A DNA stretch of 64,000 nt from NCBI GenBank assembly GCA_052386275.1, contig JBQTKI010000027.1, positions 3,109-67,108 of the forward strand. The letters run 5' to 3'. The position numbers were made by a program, and so were the translations under genes. The notes under the pieces were generated by a model, which saw only the letters and a program-made list of their open reading frames with translations, searched no databases and was not told the DNA's origin. Origin of the DNA: Gammaproteobacteria bacterium (GTDB lineage Bacteria > Pseudomonadota > Gammaproteobacteria > Steroidobacterales > Steroidobacteraceae). Positions 9,662 to 20,170 of this stretch are shown here, piece by piece. Each line of letters begins with the position of its first letter. Position 1 is the first letter of the stretch.

Positions 9662-10527
9662 TGGCGCGGCGCCTGTTCCCGCTGCTGATCGGCGCGGTCG
9701 CGGCCGCGTGGCTCGCGAACGGAGTGCTGTTCCAGGTGCAGGAAACCGAGCTCGCGATCAAGCTCCGCTTCGGCGAGATCGTGCGCACCGACTATGAGCC
9801 GGGCCTGCACTTCATGATCCCGGTGGTCAACACGGCGTTGAAGTTCGACCGCCGCGTGCTGACGCGCAACTACCCCGCCGAGCAGTTCCTGACCAGCGAG
9901 GGCAAGATCCTGAATGTCGACTTCTTCGTGAAGTGGCGCGTGTCGGACGTCGCGAAGTACTACACGGCGACCACCGGCGACGAGGAGGCGGCCGCCGCGC
10001 GCCTCGCCGAGATCGTCAAGGACGGCCTCAAGGGCGTGATCGCGAAGCGCACCATCCAGCAGGTGGTCGCGGCCGAGCGCGCGGAATTCATCGGCGACAT
10101 CCTGCAGTTCGCCGGGCAGTCGGTCGGCGAGCTGGGGCTCACGCTCGTGGACGTGCGCGTCAAACGCATCGACCTGCCGGACGAGGTGTCGGAGTCGGTT
10201 TACAACCGCATGCGCCAGGACTTCGCGCGCCAGGCCGCGCAGCTGCGCGCCGAGGGCGACGAGCAGGCGCAGCGCATCCGCGCCGAGGCGGACCGCGAGC
10301 GCACCGAGTTGCTGGCGGTCGGCAATCGCGATGCCGAGAAGATCCGCGGCGAGGGCGACGCCATCGCGGCCGAGACCTACGCGCGCGCCTACCAGCGCCA
10401 TCCCGAGTTCTATTCCTTCCATCGCAGCCTGCAGGCCTACCGCAACGCGCTCGGGCAGCCCGGCGACGTGCTCGTGATCGCGCCGGAAGGCGAGTTCTTC
10501 CGCTACCTGAAGCAGCCCGGCCGCTGA
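9661..10527 (+). CDS. hflC: FtsH protease modulator HflC (SPFH/band 7)
   Basis: Internal ATG at 9661 of track ORF 8851..10527 (TGATG overlap with hflK). MARRLFPLLIGAVAAAWLANGVLFQVQETELAIKLRFGEIV. Confidence 0.92.
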   Translation: MARRLFPLLIGAVAAAWLANGVLFQVQETELAIKLRFGEIVRTDYEPGLHFMIPVVNTALKFDRRVLTRNYPAEQFLTSEGKILNVDFFVKWRVSDVAKYYTATTGDEEAAAARLAEIVKDGLKGVIAKRTIQQVVAAERAEFIGDILQFAGQSVGELGLTLVDVRVKRIDLPDEVSESVYNRMRQDFARQAAQLRAEGDEQAQRIRAEADRERTELLAVGNRDAEKIRGEGDAIAAETYARAYQRHPEFYSFHRSLQAYRNALGQPGDVLVIAPEGEFFRYLKQPGR

Positions 10528-11988
<1,461 letters not shown>

Positions 11989-12000
11989 ACGGGCCCGCTC

Positions 12001-13212
12001 TCAGGCCAGCAGCCGCTCCAGGCGGTTGAGCGCCGTCGTGAGATCCGCCGCGACCGCGCGGTCCTTGCGACGCTGGCGCTCCAGCGCGGCCTGGAAGCTG
12101 CGCGCCGGGTCCGCGAGCGCGCGGCGGTCGAGCGCGAGACCATGGCGCGCAAAGAGCGGCGCAAGTTCGCGCGCGCGCAGGCGAAGGTCGCGGCGCGTGC
12201 TCTGGTAGGCGTGGTCCACGAGCCGGCGCCGGTCCGCGTAGCGGAACACGTTCGCGAAGAACATGCGCCGGTCACCGCGGTCGGGTTCGAGCAGCACGAT
12301 CTCCGCGCGCGGGAAGCGGTCGTGGTAGGCGGCGACGCCCACCTGCATGCGCGAGCGGATCAGGGAACGGAAGGTCTGGCCGAGCACCGCGGGCAGGCCG
12401 TGGCGTGTGAGTTCGATCTCGCGCGGCCCGTCGGCGCCTTCCGACGCGTCGAAGGGCACCAGCGGGTTGATGCCGAACAGGAGATCCGCGCCGGCCTCGA
12501 GCACGACCGAGGCGTGCATGGTGCGCAGCAGCGCGCCGTCGGCATACGTCTCGCCGTCGATCTCGACCGGCGAGTACAGGCCGGGCAGCGCCGTGCTCGC
12601 CTGTACCGCACGCGAGATCGGCACGTGGTCAAGCCCGGGCTCGCCGAAGCGCGCAGCCTCGCCGGTGTTCAAGTTGGTGGCGACCACGAACAGCCGGCGC
12701 TGCAATCGGCGGAAGTCGTTGCTGCGGCCGGCGCCGGCATAAAGCCGGCGCAGGTAGCGCTCGAATGGCGCGCTGTCGAACAGGCCAGCCGGCGTCGCCG
12801 CCGCGAGCGGCGCCAGCACTTCGGCGAGACCCTGCGACAGGGGCGCGCGCGCGTATTGCACGAAAGCCTCGAATGCCAGGCGCGGCAGGCGCGCGAGGCG
12901 GCGCGCGTATTCGGCGAACGCCGGCTGAAGGAACAGGCCGGGATGCGCGGGATCGAGGCCGCCGTCGTTGGTAATCGTGATGCGGCCCATGTCCACGGGC
13001 GTCAGGCCGTTCGCAAGCCCGGCTGCCAGCATCGAACCGGAACTCACGCCGCCGTAGGCGTACAGGCCGCAGGGATCGAAGCCGCGCACGCATTCGGCGA
13101 GCGCCTGCAGCGCACCCAGCTCGTAGAACGCGCCGAGCGGGCCGCCGCCCGCGAGCGCGAGGCCGATCCTGCCGGTGGCGCGCGGCCGCGCGGCCGTCTG
13201 GAGTGTCAGCAC
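12001..13212 (-). CDS. patatin-like phospholipase/lipase
   Basis: GLALAGGGPLGAFYELG (oxyanion Gly-rich loop), GVSSGSM (GxSxG nucleophile), YADGAL (catalytic Asp-Gly). GTG start. Confidence 0.85.
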   Translation of the reverse strand: MLTLQTAARPRATGRIGLALAGGGPLGAFYELGALQALAECVRGFDPCGLYAYGGVSSGSMLAAGLANGLTPVDMGRITITNDGGLDPAHPGLFLQPAFAEYARRLARLPRLAFEAFVQYARAPLSQGLAEVLAPLAAATPAGLFDSAPFERYLRRLYAGAGRSNDFRRLQRRLFVVATNLNTGEAARFGEPGLDHVPISRAVQASTALPGLYSPVEIDGETYADGALLRTMHASVVLEAGADLLFGINPLVPFDASEGADGPREIELTRHGLPAVLGQTFRSLIRSRMQVGVAAYHDRFPRAEIVLLEPDRGDRRMFFANVFRYADRRRLVDHAYQSTRRDLRLRARELAPLFARHGLALDRRALADPARSFQAALERQRRKDRAVAADLTTALNRLERLLA

Positions 13213-13239
13213 AACACGAGGTGCCGCATGGAATCCCGG

Positions 13240-13719
13240 TCAGCCGGCGGTGTGCGCACCGCCGGAGTGCGGCGCCTGCTTCTGCGGCTTGCGCTTCGCA
13301 GCGGCGAGCTTGTCGACGTTCGCCGAGAGTTCCTCGACCTTGCGCGCGAGCGAGGTGATCTCCTCCGCGGTCGGCATGCCGAGCTGGTGAATCGCGCGCT
13401 GCACGCGCGACTGGAAGATCTTCTCGAGGTTGTCCCAGGTCTCGCCCGCCTGCACCTTGACTTCGTCGACGCGCTGGTTGACGGTCTTCTGCGCGCCCTG
13501 GAAAGCCTGCATGACGACGCTCTTGGCGGCGTCCAGCGCGCCGCCCTGCAGCTTGGATCCCTCGCGCATCAGATCTTCGAAGACCTTGGGTGCGCCGGCC
13601 TGCGCGCGCGACAGCGCGCCGAGCCCCGCCAGCCAGATCTGGTGGGCCGAGTAGAGCAGGTTCTCGCCGCCCTTCGGTCCCGCGGACGCGCCGAGCTTGC
13701 CCTTTTTCTTCGCCGCCAT
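13240..13719 (-). CDS. phasin-type (PHA granule-associated, PhaF/PhaI N-domain-like) protein, 159 aa
   Basis: Internal ATG (13717-13719) of track ORF 13240..14460, preceded by AGGAGAGGA. MAAKKKGKLG...ENLLYSAHQIWLAGLGALSRAQ...KVFEDLMREG...GMPTAEEITSLARKVEELSANVDKL, with a basic Lys/Pro tail. Confidence 0.7.
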   Translation of the reverse strand: MAAKKKGKLGASAGPKGGENLLYSAHQIWLAGLGALSRAQAGAPKVFEDLMREGSKLQGGALDAAKSVVMQAFQGAQKTVNQRVDEVKVQAGETWDNLEKIFQSRVQRAIHQLGMPTAEEITSLARKVEELSANVDKLAAAKRKPQKQAPHSGGAHTAG

Positions 13720-13736
13720 GATCCTCTCCTTGCCGT

Positions 13737-13757
13737 GGGCGGGCAGTGCACCCGCCC
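13737..13757. repeat. perfect 7-bp inverted repeat GGGCGGG-cagtgca-CCCGCCC in the phasin|TPR divergent intergenic region (candidate operator)
   Basis: Read directly from the sequence. Extends imperfectly to 13734..13760. Sits between the two start codons (13719 and 13792). Confidence 0.4.
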
Positions 13758-13791
13758 GCGACGAAGAATACCGCTTTCCGGGCAGGAGTTC

Positions 13792-14574
13792 ATGATGGCC
13801 GCCGCGAAATCGCTTGCGTTTCCCTACGACCAGAAGCCGTACGCCTATGAGGGCGACGCGCTCGCCAGGGCCTGGGACCGGCTGCACGCGGGCGATCGCG
13901 AGCCATTTCCCGCGGACGCGAAGCTGCAGCAGGCCTGGCGCGCTTTCCACCGCGGCGATTTCGCCGAAGCCATCCTGCAGGGCGCGAAACTCGGGCCGCG
14001 CGGTGCGACCGTCGCCAACAAGGCGGCCGCGGTTGCCGCGAGCTACCTCGAGGAGGACGACCGGCGCGCGCTGAAACTGCTCGAAGACGCCGCGAAGCGT
14101 GCGGACGAGGCCGTGAAGAAGGCGCCCGACGACGTCAACGCCTGGTACATGCAGGCCTTCGTGCTCGGCCGTTACGCGCAGCGCATCTCGATCGTGAAGG
14201 CGCTCGCCGAGGGCATCGGCGGCAAGGTGAAGAAAGCGCTCGACCGCGCACTGGAACTCTCGCCCGCGCACGCCGACGCGCACATCGCGCTCGGCCTTTA
14301 TCACGCCGAGATCATCGACAAGGTCGGCGCACTGGCGGGCCGGCTCACCTATGGCGCCGACGCCGCGAAGTCGGTGCAGCACTTCGAGCGGGCGCTGAAG
14401 CTCAATCCCGCGTCCGCGATCGCGCACATGGAGTACGCGAACGGCCTCCTGATGCTCCACGGTGACAACCAGAAGAAGAGGGCGGTCGAACTCTACCGCA
14501 AGGCGGCGGCGGCGAAGCCGGCCGACGCGATGGAAAGGCTCGACGTCGAGCAGGCGAAGGCGGAGCTCGAGTGA
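13792..14574 (+). CDS. uncharacterised all-helical TPR-like protein, 260 aa
   Basis: Internal ATG at 13792 of track ORF 12142..14574, with AGGAG at 13784-13788. Repeated A/L-rich helix pairs (ALELSPAHADAHIALGLYH, ALKLNPASAIAHMEYANGL). No signal peptide and no family I can name. Confidence 0.6.
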   Translation: MMAAAKSLAFPYDQKPYAYEGDALARAWDRLHAGDREPFPADAKLQQAWRAFHRGDFAEAILQGAKLGPRGATVANKAAAVAASYLEEDDRRALKLLEDAAKRADEAVKKAPDDVNAWYMQAFVLGRYAQRISIVKALAEGIGGKVKKALDRALELSPAHADAHIALGLYHAEIIDKVGALAGRLTYGADAAKSVQHFERALKLNPASAIAHMEYANGLLMLHGDNQKKRAVELYRKAAAAKPADAMERLDVEQAKAELE

Positions 14575-14577
14575 CGC

Positions 14578-16020
14578 TCAGCCGCCCTGCTGTAGGTACG
14601 GCCCCATCAGCAGCGAGAGCACGACCTTGTCGAATTCCTCGTGGAAACGCGCCGCGACCGCGCCCGGGTCCGGCACGCGCTTGTAGTCCGCGATCAGGCC
14701 GAACTGAACCTGTCCGGCGTAGGACAGGATGCTGATGCCGAGCCCGATGTCGCCGGACTGCGGCACCCAGAAAATCAGCCGCGCGATCGGGCTGCCTGCG
14801 AGGTAAAGCCGCTGCGCCGGGCCCGGCACGTTGGTCGCGACCGCGGTCGCCTTGGCCGAGAGCAGGTCGATGGCCGCGGCCTCGATCTGGCCCGGCATCA
14901 TGCCGAGCGCCGCCATCAGCCCGAGTGTCAGCACCGGCTGGTAGGAACTCTTGAGCGCGCTCATGGCCGCGTGCACCTCGAACAGCCGCGCCAGCGGATC
15001 GCGCACGCCCACCGGCAGTTCGAGGAACACGAGCCCGAAGTGATTGCCGAGCTGGGCTGCGGCGGCCGGGTCGCGCAGGTTCACCGGCACGGTGGCGCGG
15101 ATCGTCATGCCATCCGTGTTCTCGCCGTGCGACCGCAGGTACCCGCCGAGCGCGCCCGCGGCGGTGGACATCAGCAGGTCGTTGATCGTGCAGCCGAGCG
15201 CCTTGGCGACCGCCTTGACGTCGGCGAGCGGCAGCGGATCGGTCCAGGCCGCGATCTTGCGCGTGCCGAGCGTGCCCTTGAAGCGCGTCGGCGGATCGTC
15301 CGGCAGCATCGCGACGCGCGCGAGCTCGCCGGCGACGCCGAGTGCGTGCTTCGCGACCTCGTTGGCCTGCTCGGGATTTCGCGTGAGGTCCATGGCTTTG
15401 GCCAGCCATTCGGCGCCCTCGGCGTAGACTTTCTGCACCAGCCCGAGGCCGGGTACGCCGAGACGGCCGAGCCAGGGCAGCGACTCGTCGTCGGCAGCGC
15501 GCGACTTTCCGCGCGCTTTGCCGCCTTCCGGGGCCGCCGCGGATTCCATGGCCGGTTCCGGCTGCGCATCGGTCAGCGTCAGGAACACGCGCACCATCGC
15601 CGTGCCGTCGGCGTAGCAGTGGTGGATGCGCAGGATCACCGCGGTGCCGCGCTGGAAGTTCTCGACGAAATGGAACTGCCACATCGGCCGGTGGCGGTCG
15701 AGGTCGGTGCCGGCGAGTTCCGAGACGAGTTCCTCGAGCTCCGCCTGGCCGGCGGGCGCGGGCAGCGCGATGCGAGTCACGTGCTGGTCGAGGTCGAAGT
15801 CGGCATCCGGTTCCCAGTTCGCGGAGACCGTGTCCGGCACGGGGCGGCAGCGGAACCGCGGAAACTTCAGGAACCGCTCGCCGACCGTGGCGCGGAACCG
15901 CTCGAAGTCCACGTGCTCGTCGAACACCACGACCCCGACGATCATCATCAGGTTGGTGGGACGGTCCATGCGGAGCCACGCGGCATCCACCGCGGACATG
16001 CGTTCCGATTGTTCTTGCAT
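14578..16020 (-). CDS. wax ester synthase/acyl-CoA:diacylglycerol acyltransferase (WS/DGAT)
   Basis: Active-site motif ILRIHHCYADGTAM (HHxxxDG). N-terminal MSAVDAAWLRMD... typical of the family. Alternative start ATG at 15999. Confidence 0.88.
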   Translation of the reverse strand: MQEQSERMSAVDAAWLRMDRPTNLMMIVGVVVFDEHVDFERFRATVGERFLKFPRFRCRPVPDTVSANWEPDADFDLDQHVTRIALPAPAGQAELEELVSELAGTDLDRHRPMWQFHFVENFQRGTAVILRIHHCYADGTAMVRVFLTLTDAQPEPAMESAAAPEGGKARGKSRAADDESLPWLGRLGVPGLGLVQKVYAEGAEWLAKAMDLTRNPEQANEVAKHALGVAGELARVAMLPDDPPTRFKGTLGTRKIAAWTDPLPLADVKAVAKALGCTINDLLMSTAAGALGGYLRSHGENTDGMTIRATVPVNLRDPAAAAQLGNHFGLVFLELPVGVRDPLARLFEVHAAMSALKSSYQPVLTLGLMAALGMMPGQIEAAAIDLLSAKATAVATNVPGPAQRLYLAGSPIARLIFWVPQSGDIGLGISILSYAGQVQFGLIADYKRVPDPGAVAARFHEEFDKVVLSLLMGPYLQQGG

Positions 16021-16064
16021 GGGTTTAGAGTGGATGATAACCGCATTCGGCAGGGGAGCAGCAG

Positions 16065-18053
16065 ATGGCGTACTTCGTCACCGGGGCCACCGGGTTCATC
16101 GGCCGACACCTGGTGGAGAGGCTGCTGGCGCGCGGAGAGCGCGTGCACGTGCTGGTGCGGCCCCAGTCGATGGAGAAGTTCGAGGCGCTGCGCTCGTGGT
16201 GGGGCGCGCGCGCGAGCCGCGTGGTGCCGGTCGCCGGCGACCTGGCGGAACCGAATCTCGGTGTCTCGAAAGCCGACTTGCGCAAGCTCACCGGCAGGGT
16301 GGATCACCTGTTCCACCTCGCCGCGATCTACGACCTGCAGGCCGGCAGCGAGGAGCAGGACGCGGCCAACATCGTCGGCACCGACCACGCGCTGCAGTTC
16401 ACGGAGTCGGTGCAGGCCGGCTGCTTTCACCTGACCAGCTCGATCGCCTCGGCGGGGCTCTACAAGGGGACATTCCGCGAGAACATGTTCGAGGAGGCGG
16501 CCGGCCTCGAGCACCCGTATTTCCGCACCAAGCACGAGTCCGAGGCGATGGTGCGCCACCGCTGCAAGCGGCCCTGGCGCGTCTACCGCCCGGGCATCGT
16601 GGTCGGCCACTCGCAGACCGGCTATATCGACAAGATCGACGGGCCCTACTACTTCTTCAAGACGATCCAGAAGCTGCGGCAGTCATTGCCGCCCTGGTTT
16701 CCGCTGGTCGGACTCGAGGGTGGCTACATCAATCTGGTGCCGGTCGATTTCGTCGCGGCCGCGATGGACCACCTCGCGCACGTCCCGGGTCAGGACGGAC
16801 AGTGCTTCCACCTGACCGACCCGCGGCAGCGCCGCGTCGGCGAGGTGCTGAACCTGTTTGCGCGCGCGGGCCACGCGCCCACGATGGCGTTTCGCGTGGA
16901 CCCGAAACTGCTCGAGCTGATCCCGGCGGGCGTCACCGCCACGGTCGAGAACTACCGGCCGCTGCAGCAGGTGGTGGACACCATCCTGCGCGACCTGCGC
17001 ATCCCGCGCGACGTCATGCAGTTCTTCAACTGGCAGACGCGCTTCGACTCGACGCGTGCACAGCGCCTCCTCGAGGGCGCCGACATCCGCGTGCCGCCGC
17101 TCGAGGACTACGCCTGGCGCCTGTGGGATTACTGGGAACGGCACCTCGACCCGGACCTGTCGCTGGACCGCAGCCTCGCGGGCGCCGTGCGCGGCAAGGT
17201 GGTGGTGATCACCGGCGGTTCATCGGGCATCGGCCTCGCGGCGGCGGAGCGCTGCGCGGACGCGGGCGCCGTCACCGTGATCGTCGCCCGCGACCCGGAG
17301 AAGCTCGAGGCGGCGCGCGAGCAGCTCGCGGCGCGCGGCGGCCGGGTCGTCGCCTACCAGTGCGACATCGCCGACTACGCGGCCTGCGACGCGCTGGTCG
17401 CCAGAATCCTCGAGGAGCATGGCGGCGTGGACGTGCTCGTGAACAACGCCGGCCGCTCGATCCGTCGCTCGATTGACCTGTCCTACGACCGCTTCCACGA
17501 CTTCGAGCGCACCATGCAGCTCAACTACTTCGCGGTCGTGCGCCTGACGATGGCATTGATGCCGAAACTGCTCGAGCGCGGCGGGCACGTGGTCAACATC
17601 TCGTCGATCGGGGTGCTGTCGAACGCGCCGCGCTTTTCGGCCTACGTCGCGTCGAAGGCGGCGATGGAGGCTTGGACGCGCTGCGCGGCTGCCGAGTACG
17701 CCGACCGCGGCGTGACCTTCACGATCATCAACATGCCGCTGGTGCGCACGCCGATGATCGCGCCGACCAAGATCTACGAGCAGATGCCGGTGGCCACGCC
17801 CGACGAGGCGGCCGACATGGTCGCCGAGGCGATCATCGACCGGCCGAAGCGCATCGCGACCAGGCTCGGCATCGCGGCCGAGGTGCTGCACCTCGTCGCG
17901 CCGCGCATCACCGAGGTGGTCATGAATACCGCCTACCGGATGTTTCCGGACTCGGCGGCGGCAAAGGGCGGGCAGGCGGAGCAGAAGCCCGAGGCGCCGC
18001 CCACGCAGGAGGCGGTCATGTTCGCCTCGATCCTGCGCGGCGTGCACTGGTAG
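16065..18053 (+). CDS. two-domain fatty acyl-CoA reductase (alcohol-forming, Marinobacter Maqu_2507 type)
   Basis: 662 aa. MAYFVTGATGFIGRHLVERLLARGERVHVLVR...HLFHLAAIYDL (N-terminal NAD-binding reductase domain), plus C-terminal classical SDR VVVITGGSSGIGLAAAER...SAYVASKAAMEAW. GGGGAG RBS. Confidence 0.8.
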   Translation: MAYFVTGATGFIGRHLVERLLARGERVHVLVRPQSMEKFEALRSWWGARASRVVPVAGDLAEPNLGVSKADLRKLTGRVDHLFHLAAIYDLQAGSEEQDAANIVGTDHALQFTESVQAGCFHLTSSIASAGLYKGTFRENMFEEAAGLEHPYFRTKHESEAMVRHRCKRPWRVYRPGIVVGHSQTGYIDKIDGPYYFFKTIQKLRQSLPPWFPLVGLEGGYINLVPVDFVAAAMDHLAHVPGQDGQCFHLTDPRQRRVGEVLNLFARAGHAPTMAFRVDPKLLELIPAGVTATVENYRPLQQVVDTILRDLRIPRDVMQFFNWQTRFDSTRAQRLLEGADIRVPPLEDYAWRLWDYWERHLDPDLSLDRSLAGAVRGKVVVITGGSSGIGLAAAERCADAGAVTVIVARDPEKLEAAREQLAARGGRVVAYQCDIADYAACDALVARILEEHGGVDVLVNNAGRSIRRSIDLSYDRFHDFERTMQLNYFAVVRLTMALMPKLLERGGHVVNISSIGVLSNAPRFSAYVASKAAMEAWTRCAAAEYADRGVTFTIINMPLVRTPMIAPTKIYEQMPVATPDEAADMVAEAIIDRPKRIATRLGIAAEVLHLVAPRITEVVMNTAYRMFPDSAAAKGGQAEQKPEAPPTQEAVMFASILRGVHW

Positions 18054-18089
18054 GAGGGCCGCCCCCGCGGGGTGGCAGGGAGGAGAGCC

Positions 18090-19157
18090 ATGTCCGAGTC
18101 AGCCACCTCGCCGGCCGCGCCGGCCGTCGAACGCATCGAGTTCACGGGCACCGGCGGCGAGTACTTCCGCATCTGGATCGTCAACCTGCTGCTGTCGATC
18201 CTGACACTCGGCATCTACTCCGCCTGGGCGAAGGTGCGGCGGCTCAAGTACTTCTACGGCAGCACGCGGATCGCCGGCCATGCCTTCGACTACCACGGCG
18301 ATCCGGTCGTCATCCTCAAGGGGCGTCTGATCGGCGTGCTCGCACTCGCGGCCTATGCCGCCATCGCCCAGTTCGCGCCGGCCGCGGGCGGCATCCTGGT
18401 GCTGGCCTACCTGGTGCTGGTGCCCTGGGTGGTGACGCGCGCGCGCATGTTCCAGATGCGCATGACGTCCTACCGTGGCGTGCGCTTCGAATTCGAGCCG
18501 GATTACGTAGGCGCATTCCGGACGCTGTTTCTCGCGCCGTTCCTCGCCGCCCTGTCGCTCGGCCTCGCCGTGCCGTGGGCGGTGCGCCTGCGCTACCAAT
18601 GGCTGATCGACAACACGGCCTATGGCAACAGCTACTTCAAGCTCGACGTCGGGCTGCGGCCCGTGGCGATGGCCGTGCTGCGCACCCTCGGCGTCGCGCT
18701 GGTCGTCGGCCTCGTCATGCTCGGCGCGTTCATGCTGCTCGCCCCGGCCGTGGGGGCGCTGCTGGGCCCGCAGGACATGGTCGGCCAGACCTTCTTTCTG
18801 ATTTCGATCCTGCTTTACGTGCCCTTCCTGTTTGGCAGCTACGTGATCTACGCGTACTGGCGGCGCAGCGTGTTGAACGTGATGTTGCCGGCGACTCGCG
18901 TGGGACCGCTGCAACTGCATGGCGCGCTGTCGGCGCGCAAGCTGGCCTGGGTCTATGTCACGAACATCGTCGGCATCGTGGTGACCCTCGGGCTCTTCAC
19001 TCCCTGGGCGCGGGTGCGCGCGGCCCGGGCCCTGCTCGAGGCGACCGGATTCCGGGCCGAGGGTCCGTTCGACGGCTTCATTGCATCCGAAACCGAGAGG
19101 ACGACGGCCGTGGGCGAGGAAGTGGGCGAGATCTTCGACGTCGGCGTCGGGCTTTGA
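18090..19157 (+). CDS. DUF898 (YjgN-like) polytopic membrane protein
   Basis: FTGTGGEYFRIWIVNLLLSILTLGIYSAWAKVRRLKYFYGST and a second similar repeat (LVTNIVGIVVTLGLFTPWARVRAARALLE). Strong RBS GGGAGGAGAG before the ATG at 18090; the track ORF starts at the GTG at 18072. Confidence 0.8.
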   Translation: MSESATSPAAPAVERIEFTGTGGEYFRIWIVNLLLSILTLGIYSAWAKVRRLKYFYGSTRIAGHAFDYHGDPVVILKGRLIGVLALAAYAAIAQFAPAAGGILVLAYLVLVPWVVTRARMFQMRMTSYRGVRFEFEPDYVGAFRTLFLAPFLAALSLGLAVPWAVRLRYQWLIDNTAYGNSYFKLDVGLRPVAMAVLRTLGVALVVGLVMLGAFMLLAPAVGALLGPQDMVGQTFFLISILLYVPFLFGSYVIYAYWRRSVLNVMLPATRVGPLQLHGALSARKLAWVYVTNIVGIVVTLGLFTPWARVRAARALLEATGFRAEGPFDGFIASETERTTAVGEEVGEIFDVGVGL

Positions 19158-20170
19158 GCGGCATCGCCGTCGCCTATTTCGACGGCCGCCGCGCCACGCC
19201 GCACGCGGCGCGGCTCTCCTTCGATCCTGATGGGCAGGCCCGCGTCGAGTACGACGGACTGTGCCGCAGCTATCGCGCGGCCGAACTGCAGATCGGTGAC
19301 CGTGTCGGCCAGCGGAGTCCGCGGCGCATCGAATTCCCGGACGGCGCGATCGCGCACGTGGAACCGGATGCGGCCGCGGACGAACTGCTCGACCGGCAGG
19401 CCGGAAGCGGCAGCGGCTGGCTGCGGCGCATGGAGGCACGCTGGCCGCATGCCGTCGTGGCGCTCGCCCTGTGCGTCGTCGCCGTGCTCGCCTTCGTGCG
19501 CTACGGGCTGCCGGCGGCCGCCTCCGCCGCCGCGGATCGCGTACCGCCGGCGGTCGAGCGGCAACTGGGCGAGCGCGCGTTCGCCGCGATCGACGAGGAC
19601 TGGCTCGCACCCTCGGCCCTCGATGGCGCCCGGCGCGAGTCCTTGCGCGCCGGATTTCGCGACCGCATCGCCGCCCACGCGGGCGGCCTGCAGCTGCGGC
19701 TGGAATTCCGGTCGGGAGAGAAGATCGGGCCGAATGCATTCGCCCTGCCCGGCGGCATCGTGGTCGTGACCGACGAACTGGTGCTACTCGCCCGGCAGGA
19801 CGATGAGGTCCTCATGGTGCTGGCGCATGAGGTGGGCCATGTCGCCGGGCGGCATTCCTTGCGGCAACTGTTCGAGGGCCTGGGCCTGACGGCCGTGCTC
19901 TCCGCGCTGACCGGCGATCTCAGCGGGCCCGCGTCGCTTGCGGCGGCGCTGCCCGCCGTGCTGGCCGAGGCGGCGTTCTCGCGGCGCGACGAACGCGAGG
20001 CCGATGCCTTTGCCTTCGCGTGGGCGGACGCCGCGGGCGTGCCGAGGACCCGCATGACCGATCTGCTGCAGCGCATCGAGGAGGCAGAAGGGCAGGACGG
20101 CTGGCCGACGTACCTGTCCACGCACCCGGCGACCGAGGAACGCGCGAACGCGGCACGCGCCCCGCGCTGA
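19154..20170 (+). CDS. M48-family zinc metalloprotease with N-terminal cytoplasmic domain and one TM segment
   Basis: Tail of track ORF 17672..20170. VLAHEVGHVAGRH (HExxH), downstream EREAD. Proposed TTG start at 19154 overlaps the DUF898 stop (TTGA); the start is uncertain. Confidence 0.75.
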   Translation: MSGIAVAYFDGRRATPHAARLSFDPDGQARVEYDGLCRSYRAAELQIGDRVGQRSPRRIEFPDGAIAHVEPDAAADELLDRQAGSGSGWLRRMEARWPHAVVALALCVVAVLAFVRYGLPAAASAAADRVPPAVERQLGERAFAAIDEDWLAPSALDGARRESLRAGFRDRIAAHAGGLQLRLEFRSGEKIGPNAFALPGGIVVVTDELVLLARQDDEVLMVLAHEVGHVAGRHSLRQLFEGLGLTAVLSALTGDLSGPASLAAALPAVLAEAAFSRRDEREADAFAFAWADAAGVPRTRMTDLLQRIEEAEGQDGWPTYLSTHPATEERANAARAPR

